Below are positions 12,256 through 22,812 of a stretch of DNA of 64,000 nt, piece by piece (positions within the stretch are counted from its first letter, which is position 1; every line of letters begins with the position of its first letter). The position numbers were made by a program, and so were the translations under genes. Source of the stretch: Escherichia coli (GTDB lineage Bacteria; Pseudomonadota; Gammaproteobacteria; Enterobacterales; Enterobacteriaceae); the NCBI RefSeq assembly GCF_003334765.1, contig NZ_QOWT01000015.1; one strand, 5' to 3'. The notes under the pieces are model-generated. The model was not told the origin of the DNA and did no database searches. It saw only the letters and a program-made list of their open reading frames with translations.

Positions 12256-13109
12256 ATAAATCCAGCCTCCTGCATACGCGCTTCAATCCAACGCCGCGCC
12301 TGAATAATCTCCAGCACCGGCTCTTTGGCTTTTTCGGTCCACATCTCAATCAGGAAAGAACCGCGATAGTTCAGTTTATGCAGCGTTTTGAAGATGCCAA
12401 CGAAATCGACGCAGCCTTCGCCAAACGGCACGTCGCGGAACTGTCCGGGACTTTGCCCGGTGACTGGCTGGGTGTCTTTCAGGTGGATCGCGGCGATACG
12501 GTCAATGCCCAGTTTCAGTTCGGCGGGAACATCATTGCCCCAGGCGCTGAGGTTGCCGACGTCCGGGTAGACGGTGAACCACGGTGAGGCGAGCATCTCG
12601 TCCCATTTTTTCCATTTGCTGATGGAGTTCATAAACGCGGTATCCATAATCTCCACCGCCAGCATTACTTGTGATGCCGCCGCCTGTTCGACTGCCCACG
12701 CCAGCCCTTCAGCAAAACGTTGCCGGGTGCCTTCGTCGTGGTCTTCGTAATAGACGTCATAACCTGCCAGCTGGATGGTGCGAATGCCGAGATCGCGCGC
12801 CAGGCGAATCGCTTTACTCATGATTTCCCGCGCCCGTTCGCGCACTGCCTCGTCACGGCTACCAAAGGGAAAGCGACGATGTGCGGACAGGCACATCGAC
12901 GGGATCCCAACACCTGTTTCGATCATCGCGGCAACCAGCGAAGTCCTTTGTGCGGCGCTCCAGTCAAGACGTGAGAGCCGTTCGTCGGTTTCATCCACCG
13001 ACATTTCGACAAAATCAAAACCGCAGCTTTTTGCCAGCACCAGCCGCTCCGGCCAGGAGAGATCTTTCGCCAGCGCTTTTTCATAAATCCCTAACGGATG
13101 ATTACGCAC
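12249..13109 (-). CDS. sgbU: L-xylulose-5-phosphate 3-epimerase (probable GTG start)
   Basis: 286 codons from GTG at 13107-13109; UlaE-like sequence ([11 protein letters not shown]...); overlaps sgbH end and sgbE start. Confidence 0.85.
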   Translation of the reverse strand: MRNHPLGIYEKALAKDLSWPERLVLAKSCGFDFVEMSVDETDERLSRLDWSAAQRTSLVAAMIETGVGIPSMCLSAHRRFPFGSRDEAVRERAREIMSKAIRLARDLGIRTIQLAGYDVYYEDHDEGTRQRFAEGLAWAVEQAAASQVMLAVEIMDTAFMNSISKWKKWDEMLASPWFTVYPDVGNLSAWGNDVPAELKLGIDRIAAIHLKDTQPVTGQSPGQFRDVPFGEGCVDFVGIFKTLHKLNYRGSFLIEMWTEKAKEPVLEIIQARRWIEARMQEAGFIC

Positions 13110-13764
13110 GCGCACCTCCCCAGATAGCGTCGATTTGCGCATGGAAATCGCCAGCCACTTGCGCCGGATTTGCCGCGCCTGCCAGTGCCCGCCCGGCAAT
13201 AAACGCTTTCACGCGGATATCTTTAAACAGCGGCAGGTCAGCAGGGGTAATCCCGCCAGTAATGGAAAGCTCAAGGCCGATATCTGAAAGCGCCTTCATG
13301 CGTGCCAGATCGGCTTCGCCCCACTGTTGCCCGCTGGCCTGTGCATCACGACCGCGATGATAAATGGCCTGCCGCACGCCAATACGATGCCAGTCGCGGG
13401 CGTCGTCCAGCGTCCAGTTACCGAACAGCTCTATCTGAATTTCACCCCCGCAGCGTTGTGCCATTGCGTGGCCTTTTTCTACCGTCGCGAGCGGCGCGGC
13501 GCAGATGATGGTCATCCAGTTAGCGCCTGCGCCAAACGCCTGTTGCGCGAGCGTTTCACCAGCGTCGGCGACCTTCCAGTCAGCAACGATGATTTTGTCC
13601 GGGCACTGTTCGCGCAAGGCTTTCACCGCGCCAAGCCCTTCGTTTAAACAGAGAATGGTGCCCGCTTCGACGATATCGACGCTGTCTTTTAACAGCGTCA
13701 CGTCGCGCTGCGCGGCTTCAAGTGATGAGTGGTCGAGGGCCAGTTGCAGAAGTGGTCGGCTCAT
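13102..13764 (-). CDS. sgbH: 3-keto-L-gulonate-6-phosphate decarboxylase
   Basis: 220-aa ORF; AAGGAG RBS upstream of ATG at 13762-13764. Confidence 0.92.
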   Translation of the reverse strand: MSRPLLQLALDHSSLEAAQRDVTLLKDSVDIVEAGTILCLNEGLGAVKALREQCPDKIIVADWKVADAGETLAQQAFGAGANWMTIICAAPLATVEKGHAMAQRCGGEIQIELFGNWTLDDARDWHRIGVRQAIYHRGRDAQASGQQWGEADLARMKALSDIGLELSITGGITPADLPLFKDIRVKAFIAGRALAGAANPAQVAGDFHAQIDAIWGGARA

Positions 13765-15256
13765 AATGTGTGCTCCTTAATGCGGGCGTGAAAGCCCTGA
13801 AGTGCGGCAATGAGATGCTGATAACGTTGATATTTTTTTGGTAAAGCTGATGGGCGGTCATATCTGGCAGCAGGGTGCGCACCGGGTGTCGCAAGTCACG
13901 TTGGGCTTCGCTGAAGTTGTGATAAACCCCGGTGCCGACGCGGGCGGCAAGGGCCGCACCAAAGCAGCCGGTTTCTTCCACCTGCGGCAGCTCGATACGC
14001 AGACCGCTGACGTCCGCCAGCATTTGCATCCAGACATCGGAGTGCGCCGGGCCGCCAGTGACGCGTAGGGTGTGAACATCAGTAAAACGTTCGCGCATTC
14101 GGTTGAGGTGGGTCATATGGCTGAACACCACCCCTTCATAGATGGCCTGCAACAGGTGCGCGCGGGTGTGAATGGCCTGCATCCCGTAGAAACCACTGGT
14201 CATCTCGAGTCCGGCGTTGCTGCCGTACAGGAACGGCAGGAAAAAGAGATCGCCCCCAGCCTTCGGCAAGCTGGCAACGGCCTGATTGATCTCATCAAAC
14301 GAGATTTCTCCCCACTGTGCGGTAAACCATTCGAGGTTGCCGGAAGAGGTAGGGCTGGCTTCGTGAACGATAAATTCACCATCGTTAACGTAGCGACCAT
14401 AGACATACGGATGCGCTTCACCGTCACGTAAACCGCGGGTTATGCCGCTGGTCACCGCCCAGGTCCCCATCACCGCATTGAGGGTAAATTCGTCTTCGAT
14501 CCCGGCGCAGAGTGCGGTGGAAACCACATCAAACAGGCCGCCAACAACGGGCGTACCCGCTTTCAGACCGGTCAGGGCGGCTGTCTGAGCGGTGATCTCC
14601 CCGCAGATTTCGGCAGATCCGACAACAGGCGGCAGGGCGTGATTGATTTCAGCGATCCCCAGCCAGTCGGTGAGGCACGGGTCATATTCCCCAAGACTCA
14701 TGTTGTAGAGGTTGGACTCGGAAATATTGCTCTCTTCACAGCCTTTGACGCCAGTTAAACACCAGCGCAGGTAGTCGTGCGTCATCATCACGCAGCCAAT
14801 TTGCGCGTAGCGTTCTGGTTCGTGCTCTTTCAGCCAGCGTAACAGCGACACCGGATGCCCGGTCCACAAGGTTTGTCGGGTCAGCGGGTAGAGTTTTTCC
14901 GGGATGCCATCTTCCTGCCAGCGACGAACGATTTCCATCGCCCGGCGGTCCGAGGACAAAATAGCATTCCCGAGCGGTTTGTCGTTTTTATCCAGCAAAA
15001 ACAAGCCCTTTCCCTGTGCGGAGATGCCGATACCGACAATTTGTTCCCCGCTAACACCAGAATGAGTAAGCAGGGCGCGAATGACAGCCATGCAGCATTG
15101 CCACAGTTCTGCCATATCGCGCTCTGCCCAGCCTGGCTGCGGGCTTAATGCGCACAGCGGCAGGCGCTGCACGCCTGCCTCCCGGCCTTCGCGGTCATAC
15201 AGCCCGGCTTTCAGCCAGCTACCGCCACAATCTAACCCCAGCCAGTATTGCGTCAT
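13718..15256 (-). CDS. lyxK: L-xylulose kinase, apparently frameshifted at the C-terminus (canonical stop would be at 13761-13763)
   Basis: FGGY-kinase N-terminus (GLDCGGSWLK); ORF is 512 aa rather than 498; tail after LYQK is low-complexity read-through into sgbH; an alternative frame gives a clean ...[25 protein letters not shown] stop. Confidence 0.85.
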   Translation of the reverse strand: MTQYWLGLDCGGSWLKAGLYDREGREAGVQRLPLCALSPQPGWAERDMAELWQCCMAVIRALLTHSGVSGEQIVGIGISAQGKGLFLLDKNDKPLGNAILSSDRRAMEIVRRWQEDGIPEKLYPLTRQTLWTGHPVSLLRWLKEHEPERYAQIGCVMMTHDYLRWCLTGVKGCEESNISESNLYNMSLGEYDPCLTDWLGIAEINHALPPVVGSAEICGEITAQTAALTGLKAGTPVVGGLFDVVSTALCAGIEDEFTLNAVMGTWAVTSGITRGLRDGEAHPYVYGRYVNDGEFIVHEASPTSSGNLEWFTAQWGEISFDEINQAVASLPKAGGDLFFLPFLYGSNAGLEMTSGFYGMQAIHTRAHLLQAIYEGVVFSHMTHLNRMRERFTDVHTLRVTGGPAHSDVWMQMLADVSGLRIELPQVEETGCFGAALAARVGTGVYHNFSEAQRDLRHPVRTLLPDMTAHQLYQKNINVISISLPHFRAFTPALRSTHYEPTTSATGPRPLIT

Positions 15257-15259
15257 GGT

Positions 15260-16246
15260 TTATTGCACCTCATCCACGGCTTTCAGCAGATCAGCTCCCT
15301 GCGGCACATCTTTAACAAACATGTCGCGAACCTGATTCCCCAGTGCGTCGCTAAAGGCTTTGCGGTCGAGATCGGTGATGACTTCCACGCCCGCTTCTTT
15401 CATGCCGTCGATGATTTTTTGCTGATCTTCAGCAACCAGTTTGCGCTGATAGTTACCCGCTTCTTGTGCAGATGAAACTAGCGCCTGCTGGAACTCCGGA
15501 CTTAAGCCATCAAACTTCGCTTTGTTGATCACCACCAGAAGCGGGGAATAGGCGTGGTGCGTCAGAGAAAGGAACTTCTGCACTTCGAAAAATTTTGCTG
15601 ACCAGACGACGTTGATCGGGTGTTCCTGAGCGTCGATAGTGCGGGTTTCCAGCCCGGTATAGACTTCGGCAAACGGCATCGGGATCGGGTTAGCGCCAAA
15701 GACTTTGAATGCGGCGATATTCATCGGGCTATTGTTGGTGCGGATTTTCAGCCCTTTCAGGTCGGCGGGGGTTTTAACCGGTGCGCGCGAGTTGGTGACA
15801 TCGCGCCAGCCGTTTTCCCAGTAGGCCAGTACTTTCAGTCCTTTACCTTCAAGTGAGGCTTTCAGATCATCACCGACTTTGCCGTCGAGCGTTTTATGCG
15901 CGTGAGCGGTATCGCGGAACAGGAAAGGGACATCAAGCAAGTTCATCACTGGTGATAACCCGGCAAAGTTATTCGAGCCGGACATTTCCATATCGATGGT
16001 GCCGCCACGTACGCCGCTGATCATCGCCTGCGCGTTACCGAGAGTGCTGTCCGGGAACAGTTTTAATTTCAGCTCGCCTTTGGTTCTCTCCTGCAATAAA
16101 TCATTGAATTTTTTCGCCGCAATATGTTGCGAGTCGGTTTGTGATGTTTCATAACCGAAACGTAAAGATTGTGCCGCCAGAGAAGATGTGCTGAATGCAG
16201 CCAGGCCAGCAATGAATAATGCGTAGGTTACAGAGCGTAATTTCAT
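15260..16246 (-). CDS. yiaO: TRAP transporter periplasmic binding protein (2,3-diketo-L-gulonate)
   Basis: 328-aa ORF with signal peptide; DctP family. Confidence 0.9.
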   Translation of the reverse strand: MKLRSVTYALFIAGLAAFSTSSLAAQSLRFGYETSQTDSQHIAAKKFNDLLQERTKGELKLKLFPDSTLGNAQAMISGVRGGTIDMEMSGSNNFAGLSPVMNLLDVPFLFRDTAHAHKTLDGKVGDDLKASLEGKGLKVLAYWENGWRDVTNSRAPVKTPADLKGLKIRTNNSPMNIAAFKVFGANPIPMPFAEVYTGLETRTIDAQEHPINVVWSAKFFEVQKFLSLTHHAYSPLLVVINKAKFDGLSPEFQQALVSSAQEAGNYQRKLVAEDQQKIIDGMKEAGVEVITDLDRKAFSDALGNQVRDMFVKDVPQGADLLKAVDEVQ

Positions 16247-16258
16247 AATATTTTCCTT

Positions 16259-17536
16259 TTAATTAATCCATTTCAAAGGGAGGATGATGAGATCGGGAAT
16301 AAAAACAAATACGACTAATAATGAATATAAAACCAGGACGTAAGGGAAAACGCCTCTGACTGCATCATCGAATTTGAGTTTTGCCACCCCTGAAATAACG
16401 TTAAGTACATTACCGATAGGCGGTGTAATTAAGCCGATTGAGCAGTTAATGATAAACATGACACCGAAATAAATCGGATCGATTCCTGCCTCTTTAACTA
16501 AAGGCATTAATACCGGGGTAAGAATTAATACCGTCGGCGTTAAATCCATGACCATGCCGACAATCAGGATAGCCACCATAATGACGATAAACAGCAGACG
16601 CGGTGAATCGACCAACGGTTGCAGTAAATCAGAAACCATCATCGGCAGTTCAGCAATGGTAATCAGCCAGGCGGAAACTTGTGCCGAGGCCACCAGAAAC
16701 ATAACCACTGAGGTGGTTTTCGCCGCGCCAATGAGTACATGCCAAAGTGTGGCGAAGGTCATTTCACGGTAAATAACTGTGGCGACAAACAGCGCATAGA
16801 AAGCAGCAACGGCCCCGGCTTCGGTAGGGGTAAACAGACCGGAGCGAAACCCGCCAATAATGATGACTGGAAGAAACAGCGCCCAGATACCGGAGACAAA
16901 AGAGTGCCAGATTTCCTGCATCGTTGCTTTTTGCTGGCGGGGTAAATTAAGGCGACTGGCCTGCCACCACCAGGTAAGCATCAGTGTTGCGCCCATCATC
17001 ATGCCAGGGGCAATGCCCGCCATAAACAGCTTACTGATGGATAATCCGCTGGAAACGCCGAAGATAATAAACGGAATGGAAGGGGGAATAATTGGCGCGA
17101 TAATGCCGCCAGAGGCAATCAGCCCCGCCGCCCGGTTGACCGGATAGTTGGCGCTGCGCATCATCGGCACCAGTAGAGCGGCAACGGCGGCGGTATCCGC
17201 AACGGCAGAACCAGAAAGGCTCGCCATAATCATAGCTGCCAGCACGCCGACGTAGCCCAGCCCGCCTGGTTTATGCCCCACCAGTTTCATCGGCAGGTCA
17301 ACAATGCGTTTTGACAAGCCGCCCGCATTCATGATTTCACCCGCCAGCACAAAGAACGGAATCGCCAGCAGGGAGAAGCTATCGGCTCCGTTCACCAGCG
17401 TTTGTGCCATGATCTGGACATCAAACATGTCCAGCCAGAACATTAACGCCGCCCCGCACAACAACAGTGCCCAGGCAATAGGCAAACCGATAGCAATACC
17501 ACCCAACAGACAGCCCAGAAAAATCAGCACAGCCAT
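16259..17536 (-). CDS. yiaN: TRAP transporter large permease subunit
   Basis: 425-aa polytopic membrane ORF, DctM-like. Confidence 0.9.
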   Translation of the reverse strand: MAVLIFLGCLLGGIAIGLPIAWALLLCGAALMFWLDMFDVQIMAQTLVNGADSFSLLAIPFFVLAGEIMNAGGLSKRIVDLPMKLVGHKPGGLGYVGVLAAMIMASLSGSAVADTAAVAALLVPMMRSANYPVNRAAGLIASGGIIAPIIPPSIPFIIFGVSSGLSISKLFMAGIAPGMMMGATLMLTWWWQASRLNLPRQQKATMQEIWHSFVSGIWALFLPVIIIGGFRSGLFTPTEAGAVAAFYALFVATVIYREMTFATLWHVLIGAAKTTSVVMFLVASAQVSAWLITIAELPMMVSDLLQPLVDSPRLLFIVIMVAILIVGMVMDLTPTVLILTPVLMPLVKEAGIDPIYFGVMFIINCSIGLITPPIGNVLNVISGVAKLKFDDAVRGVFPYVLVLYSLLVVFVFIPDLIILPLKWIN

Positions 17537-17538
17537 GA

Positions 17539-18012
17539 TTAAGCTCCTTGCGGTGGCGACGTTAGAGAATTGCTACGCGTGATGAGTTGATATAAATGAC
17601 GCAGTTCAAAGAATGCGATAACGAGGCTGGTGGGCAGACAAGCGGCATACATCAGGCCGATGGGTAAACCGAGGATCGGTGAATAATCGCTCCAGTCCTG
17701 AATTGTTTTTAGCGTTGCGCCCCAGGCCAGTGCGCCACAAATAAATAAGATTAAGGAATGGGTAACCAGAGCGACTCGTCGCTGCCATGCGGGGGAGAGT
17801 TTCTCCACCAGAAAGGTGACCTGAACGTGGGCGTTATCCATAAAAGCTACAATCGCGCCAATAAACGTTAACCAGACAAATAAATAACGTGACAATTCAT
17901 CAACAGATAAAATGCTTGTCTGAAAACCATATCTTAAAATAATGTTTATAAATACAATACAGGAAAGTACGGCGAGATTAATCGCCAGTATTGCTTCGAG
18001 TATTTTTTTCAT
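17539..18012 (-). CDS. yiaM: TRAP transporter small permease subunit
   Basis: 157-aa membrane ORF, DctQ-like; 2 bp from yiaN. Confidence 0.9.
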
Positions 18013-18129
18013 AGCTATTCCTTGAGGCTATGTCTGTCATAATTCAAGTCGCATGTGCAGCAACCTGAATTATTAATATAGTTAGAGCAATAACATTACC
18101 CAGGCGTTCTGGCGTAGACGATTATTCGA

Positions 18130-18600
<471 letters not shown>

Positions 18601-18608
18601 TTATCTCC

Positions 18609-19607
18609 TCATAACGCCTGGATTTTGGCCCACACGCTGTCATCAACAGTGATGCCGTTACGGCGGTTTTCGGCCAGCAGGGTAGTAAATTCATGGCCGG
18701 GTAAGCGAATGGCCTGATTTTCGTCAGCACGCTCGGCACTAGTAACGTAATCCATGATGCGTTGCAGCTTGGCATCGCGGGTGGGACCGTCGATAAGCTT
18801 GTCCACTTCAATGGCAATAAAAATTTGTGAAATGCCATATTCGTCGCTGTTGTCCTGGGTGACTTCGGCAACGGATGCGCCGTCGGAAAGGAGAGTAGCG
18901 ATCATATCCAGCACAATCGACATGCCAGAACCTTTCCAGTAGCCCATCGGCAAAATGCGGCGATTCTTCTCGATAACGCCAGGTTCTTTGGTCAAATTGC
19001 CCTCATCATCAAAGCCACCATCGACCGGGAGCTGACGACCTGCCAGACGGTTAACTTCTAACATGCCGTAAGAGAACATCGACATCGACATATCGACCAT
19101 GGTGATCGGCGTGGAAGGAATGGCGACGATCAGCGGGTTAGTGCCGATGCGACACTCTTTTGCGCCCCACGGCGGCATTACGGCGATGGAGTTGGTCCAG
19201 CAAATGCCAATATAGCCTTTTTCCGCCGCCTGCCAGCCGTAGCTGCCGCCGCGCATCCAGTGGTTGGCATTACGTAGTGCCACCAGACCAATACCGTGAT
19301 CGGCAGCCAGTTCAATGGCGCGATCCATCATCTTTTTCGCTGTCAGGTTACCGATCGAACGCTGGGCGTCCCACTGTTCAATTGCGCCGAGGCTGGTTAT
19401 ACGTTTGGGTTGGGCATCAGGAATGATATCGCCGTTTTCCAGTTGTTGAATGAAACGAGGGAAACGATTAACGCCGTGAGAATAAACGCCGGATTCGGTG
19501 GTGCGGGCGAACATCTCTGCACAGGCGTCAGCCGTTTCGCTGTCAACGCCGCGTGAAATTAAGACCCGATTAAAGGCTGCTTTTAACTGCTCAAATGTCA
19601 CTTTCAT
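18609..19607 (-). CDS. yiaK: 2,3-diketo-L-gulonate reductase
   Basis: 332-aa ORF; first gene of the operon, divergent from yiaJ. Confidence 0.9.
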
Positions 19608-19807
19608 CCCAGGCTTCCTTGTTTTTTTGATCGCTTTTTTGGCTTAAAATTTCAATATGCGAAACTTGATTTCAAATATATCGATCACTTTTTAACAAAG
19701 CAATCTGATTGATGAATTTCAAAAGACATAAAAATCAATTGGTTATAAATTATCTGTCGAGATCGTGAACTACGGCACACTTTGCGCTACCATCAGGACG
19801 CGACAAA

Positions 19808-20656
19808 ATGGGGAAAGAAGTGATGGGAAAAAAAGAGAACGAGATGGCGCAGGAAAAAGAGCGTCCAGCCGGAAGCCAGAGTCTGTTTCGCGGGTTGATG
19901 CTGATTGAGATTTTGAGCAACTATCCAAACGGTTGTCCGTTGGCGCATCTTTCGGAGCTGGCTGGTTTAAATAAGAGTACCGTCCATCGCTTATTGCAGG
20001 GATTACAGTCCTGCGGCTATGTGACCACCGCGCCTGCCGCAGGGAGTTATCGCCTGACCACCAAATTTATTGCCGTCGGGCAGAAGGCGCTGTCTTCGCT
20101 GAATATCATTCATATCGCCGCTCCGCATCTTGAGGCACTGAACATCGCCACTGGTGAAACCATTAACTTCTCCAGCCGCGAAGACGATCACGCTATTTTG
20201 ATTTATAAGCTGGAACCCACAACCGGGATGCTGCGAACCCGTGCCTATATTGGCCAGCATATGCCGCTCTACTGTTCCGCAATGGGCAAGATCTACATGG
20301 CGTTTGGTCACCCGGACTACGTGAAGTCATACTGGGAAAGCCATCAGCATGAGATCCAGCCGTTAACCCGCAATACCATTACCGAGCTGCCCGCGATGTT
20401 CGACGAACTGGCGCACATTCGTGAAAGCGGAGCGGCGATGGACAGAGAAGAAAACGAACTCGGCGTCTCCTGTATTGCTGTTCCGGTGTTTGATATTCAT
20501 GGGCGGGTGCCGTACGCCGTGTCGATTTCGCTTTCGACATCACGTCTGAAACAGGTGGGAGAGAAAAATCTCCTGAAACCACTGCGTGAAACCGCGCAGG
20601 CTATTTCTAATGAACTGGGATTTACTGTCAGGGATGACCTGGGCGCGATCACATAA
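19808..20656 (+). CDS. yiaJ: IclR-family transcriptional repressor of the yiaK-S operon
   Basis: 282-aa ORF; N-terminal HTH and IclR effector domain; divergent from yiaK across a 200-bp AT-rich spacer. Confidence 0.9.
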   Translation: MGKEVMGKKENEMAQEKERPAGSQSLFRGLMLIEILSNYPNGCPLAHLSELAGLNKSTVHRLLQGLQSCGYVTTAPAAGSYRLTTKFIAVGQKALSSLNIIHIAAPHLEALNIATGETINFSSREDDHAILIYKLEPTTGMLRTRAYIGQHMPLYCSAMGKIYMAFGHPDYVKSYWESHQHEIQPLTRNTITELPAMFDELAHIRESGAAMDREENELGVSCIAVPVFDIHGRVPYAVSISLSTSRLKQVGEKNLLKPLRETAQAISNELGFTVRDDLGAIT

Positions 20657-20757
20657 CGCTTTGGACAAGTGCCAAAACTTTAACATTTCCTTCGTTGGAT
20701 CAAAGCAGTAGGGACGCGCTCTCTGGCACTCTGCTGTTTTAGTGCAAAGGAGTGATC

Positions 20758-21231
20758 ATGAACCGGTTTATTATTGCGGATGCGACGAAATGTATCGGTT
20801 GCCGTACCTGTGAAGTGGCTTGCGCAGTGTCGCATCATGAGAATCAGGATTGCGCTGCGTTGTCACCAGACGAGTTTATTTCCCGTATTCGTGTCATTAA
20901 AGACCACTGCTGGACCACGGCAGTAGCCTGTCATCAGTGTGAAGATGCACCGTGCGCGAATGTCTGCCCTGTTGACGCGATAAGCCGCGAACATGGGCAT
21001 ATTTTCGTTGAACAAACACGTTGCATTGGCTGTAAAAGCTGTATGCTGGCTTGCCCGTTTGGTGCGATGGAGGTCGTTTCTTCGCGCAAAAAGGCGAGGG
21101 CGATTAAGTGCGATCTGTGCTGGCATCGGGAGACGGGACCGGCCTGTGTTGAAGCCTGCCCGACAAAGGCGTTGCAGTGCATGGATGTCGAGAAAGTGCA
21201 GCGGCATCGGCTACGGCAGCAGCCTGTTTGA
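20758..21231 (+). CDS. ysaA: 4Fe-4S ferredoxin-type protein
   Basis: 157-aa ORF with several CxxCxxCxxxCP cluster motifs. Confidence 0.88.
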   Translation: MNRFIIADATKCIGCRTCEVACAVSHHENQDCAALSPDEFISRIRVIKDHCWTTAVACHQCEDAPCANVCPVDAISREHGHIFVEQTRCIGCKSCMLACPFGAMEVVSSRKKARAIKCDLCWHRETGPACVEACPTKALQCMDVEKVQRHRLRQQPV

Positions 21232-21278
21232 AACGTTTTCCGGCGTTTCTCAACGCCGGAACAGTGCGCTTTGTTTAT

Positions 21279-21376
21279 GCCAGATGCGGCGTAAACGCCT
21301 TATCCGGCCTACAAATTCTTCCAAATTCAATATATTGCAGAAATCATGTAGGCCTGATAAGCGTAGCGCATCAGGC
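21279..21376. repeat. REP/BIME element
   Basis: gccagatgcggcgtaaacgccttatccggcctac ... gtaggcctgataagcgtagcgcatcaggc in the ysaA/avtA convergent spacer. Confidence 0.8.
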
Positions 21377-21381
21377 AATTT

Positions 21382-22635
21382 TTAGTGACTTTCAGCCCAG
21401 GCTCTTTCTATCTCTTCCGCCAGAATCTTCACCCCCGCCTCAATTTTCTCCGGCTCTGGTACGTAGTTCATGCGCATACATTGATGCGTATGCGGCCACG
21501 GTTTATCCAGCCCTGGGAAGAAGTTGTGCCCCGGCACCATCAGCACGCCGCGTGCTTTCAGGCGCTGATAGAGCTGCTCGGTCGTAATGGGCAAATCCTT
21601 AAACCATAGCCAGAGGAAAATGGCTCCTTCCGGTTTATGAATCAGGCAGCGATTTTCCGGTAAATAGCGGCGAATGATGGCGATAGTTTCCTGAACACGC
21701 TGGTAGTAAAACGGTTTGATGACTGTTTCAGACAGGCGCAGCAGATCGTTACGCTTAATCATTTCACACATCATCGCCGGACCAATACCGCCAGGTGCCA
21801 GGCTGATAATGCCGTTCATATTGGTGATGGCGGTGATGATTTTTTCATTGGCGATGATAATGCCGCAGCGGGAGCCAGGTAGACCCAGCTTGGAAAGACT
21901 CATGCACAGCACGATATTCGGATTCCATAGCGGGCGCGCTTCACTGAAGATGATACCCGGGAACGGGACGCCATAAGCGTTATCAATCACCAGCGGAATG
22001 CCGTGTTGATTCGCCAGCGCGTCAAGCTTCAGCAACTCTTCGTCAGTAATCACATTGCCTGTTGGATTCGTCGGCCGGGAGACGCAAATCATCCCGGTTT
22101 CTTCGCCAATATGCAGATGCTCAAAATCGACGTGGTATTTAAACTGGCCTTCCGGCAGCAGTTCAATATTCGGACGCGCAGAGACAAACAGATCTTCTTC
22201 CAGTCCGGCGTCAGCATAGCCAATGTATTCCGGTGCAAGCGGGAACAGCACTTTTTTGACCCGACCATCGGCACGGCGTCCGGCAAACAGGTTAAATAAG
22301 TAGAAAAACGCGCTCTGGCTGCCGTTTGTTAGTGCAATATTCTGTGGTTCGATATCCCAACCCAACTTCTCGCGCAGCATTCCGGCAAGCAGTGTGAGTA
22401 GCTCCGTTTTCCCCTGTGGACCGTCGTAGTTACACAGTGCATCAGTCGCTTTGCCACTTTCCAGCATGTCGGTCAGTAGCGTCTGGAAGTAGTCCTGCAT
22501 TTCCGGGATCTGCGCCGGATTACCGCCGCCGAGCATAATCGCGCCAGGCGTGCGTAAACCGTCGTTCAGATCTTCCATCAACAGCGTAATGCCGGAGTGG
22601 CGGGTAAATTTGTCACCAAAAAGGGAGAATGTCAT
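21382..22635 (-). CDS. avtA: Valine-pyruvate aminotransferase
   Basis: 417-aa ORF from MTFSLFGDKF; PLP aminotransferase class I/II. Confidence 0.9.
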   Translation of the reverse strand: MTFSLFGDKFTRHSGITLLMEDLNDGLRTPGAIMLGGGNPAQIPEMQDYFQTLLTDMLESGKATDALCNYDGPQGKTELLTLLAGMLREKLGWDIEPQNIALTNGSQSAFFYLFNLFAGRRADGRVKKVLFPLAPEYIGYADAGLEEDLFVSARPNIELLPEGQFKYHVDFEHLHIGEETGMICVSRPTNPTGNVITDEELLKLDALANQHGIPLVIDNAYGVPFPGIIFSEARPLWNPNIVLCMSLSKLGLPGSRCGIIIANEKIITAITNMNGIISLAPGGIGPAMMCEMIKRNDLLRLSETVIKPFYYQRVQETIAIIRRYLPENRCLIHKPEGAIFLWLWFKDLPITTEQLYQRLKARGVLMVPGHNFFPGLDKPWPHTHQCMRMNYVPEPEKIEAGVKILAEEIERAWAESH

Positions 22636-22812
22636 AGCGGGATATCTGTCGAACTCTGTAGCAAGGAAGGTAACAATAACGCTACATTTGCTGGGGTGCA
22701 AATCGGTCTGTTGAAGAGTGAGCGGTGCTTTATCCTGCAACGCTGATTAGGGCTGACATTTTATCCTGGTTGGCGGCTTCCCGAGGTACTGACGAACGGG
22801 AAGCCGGAAAAG

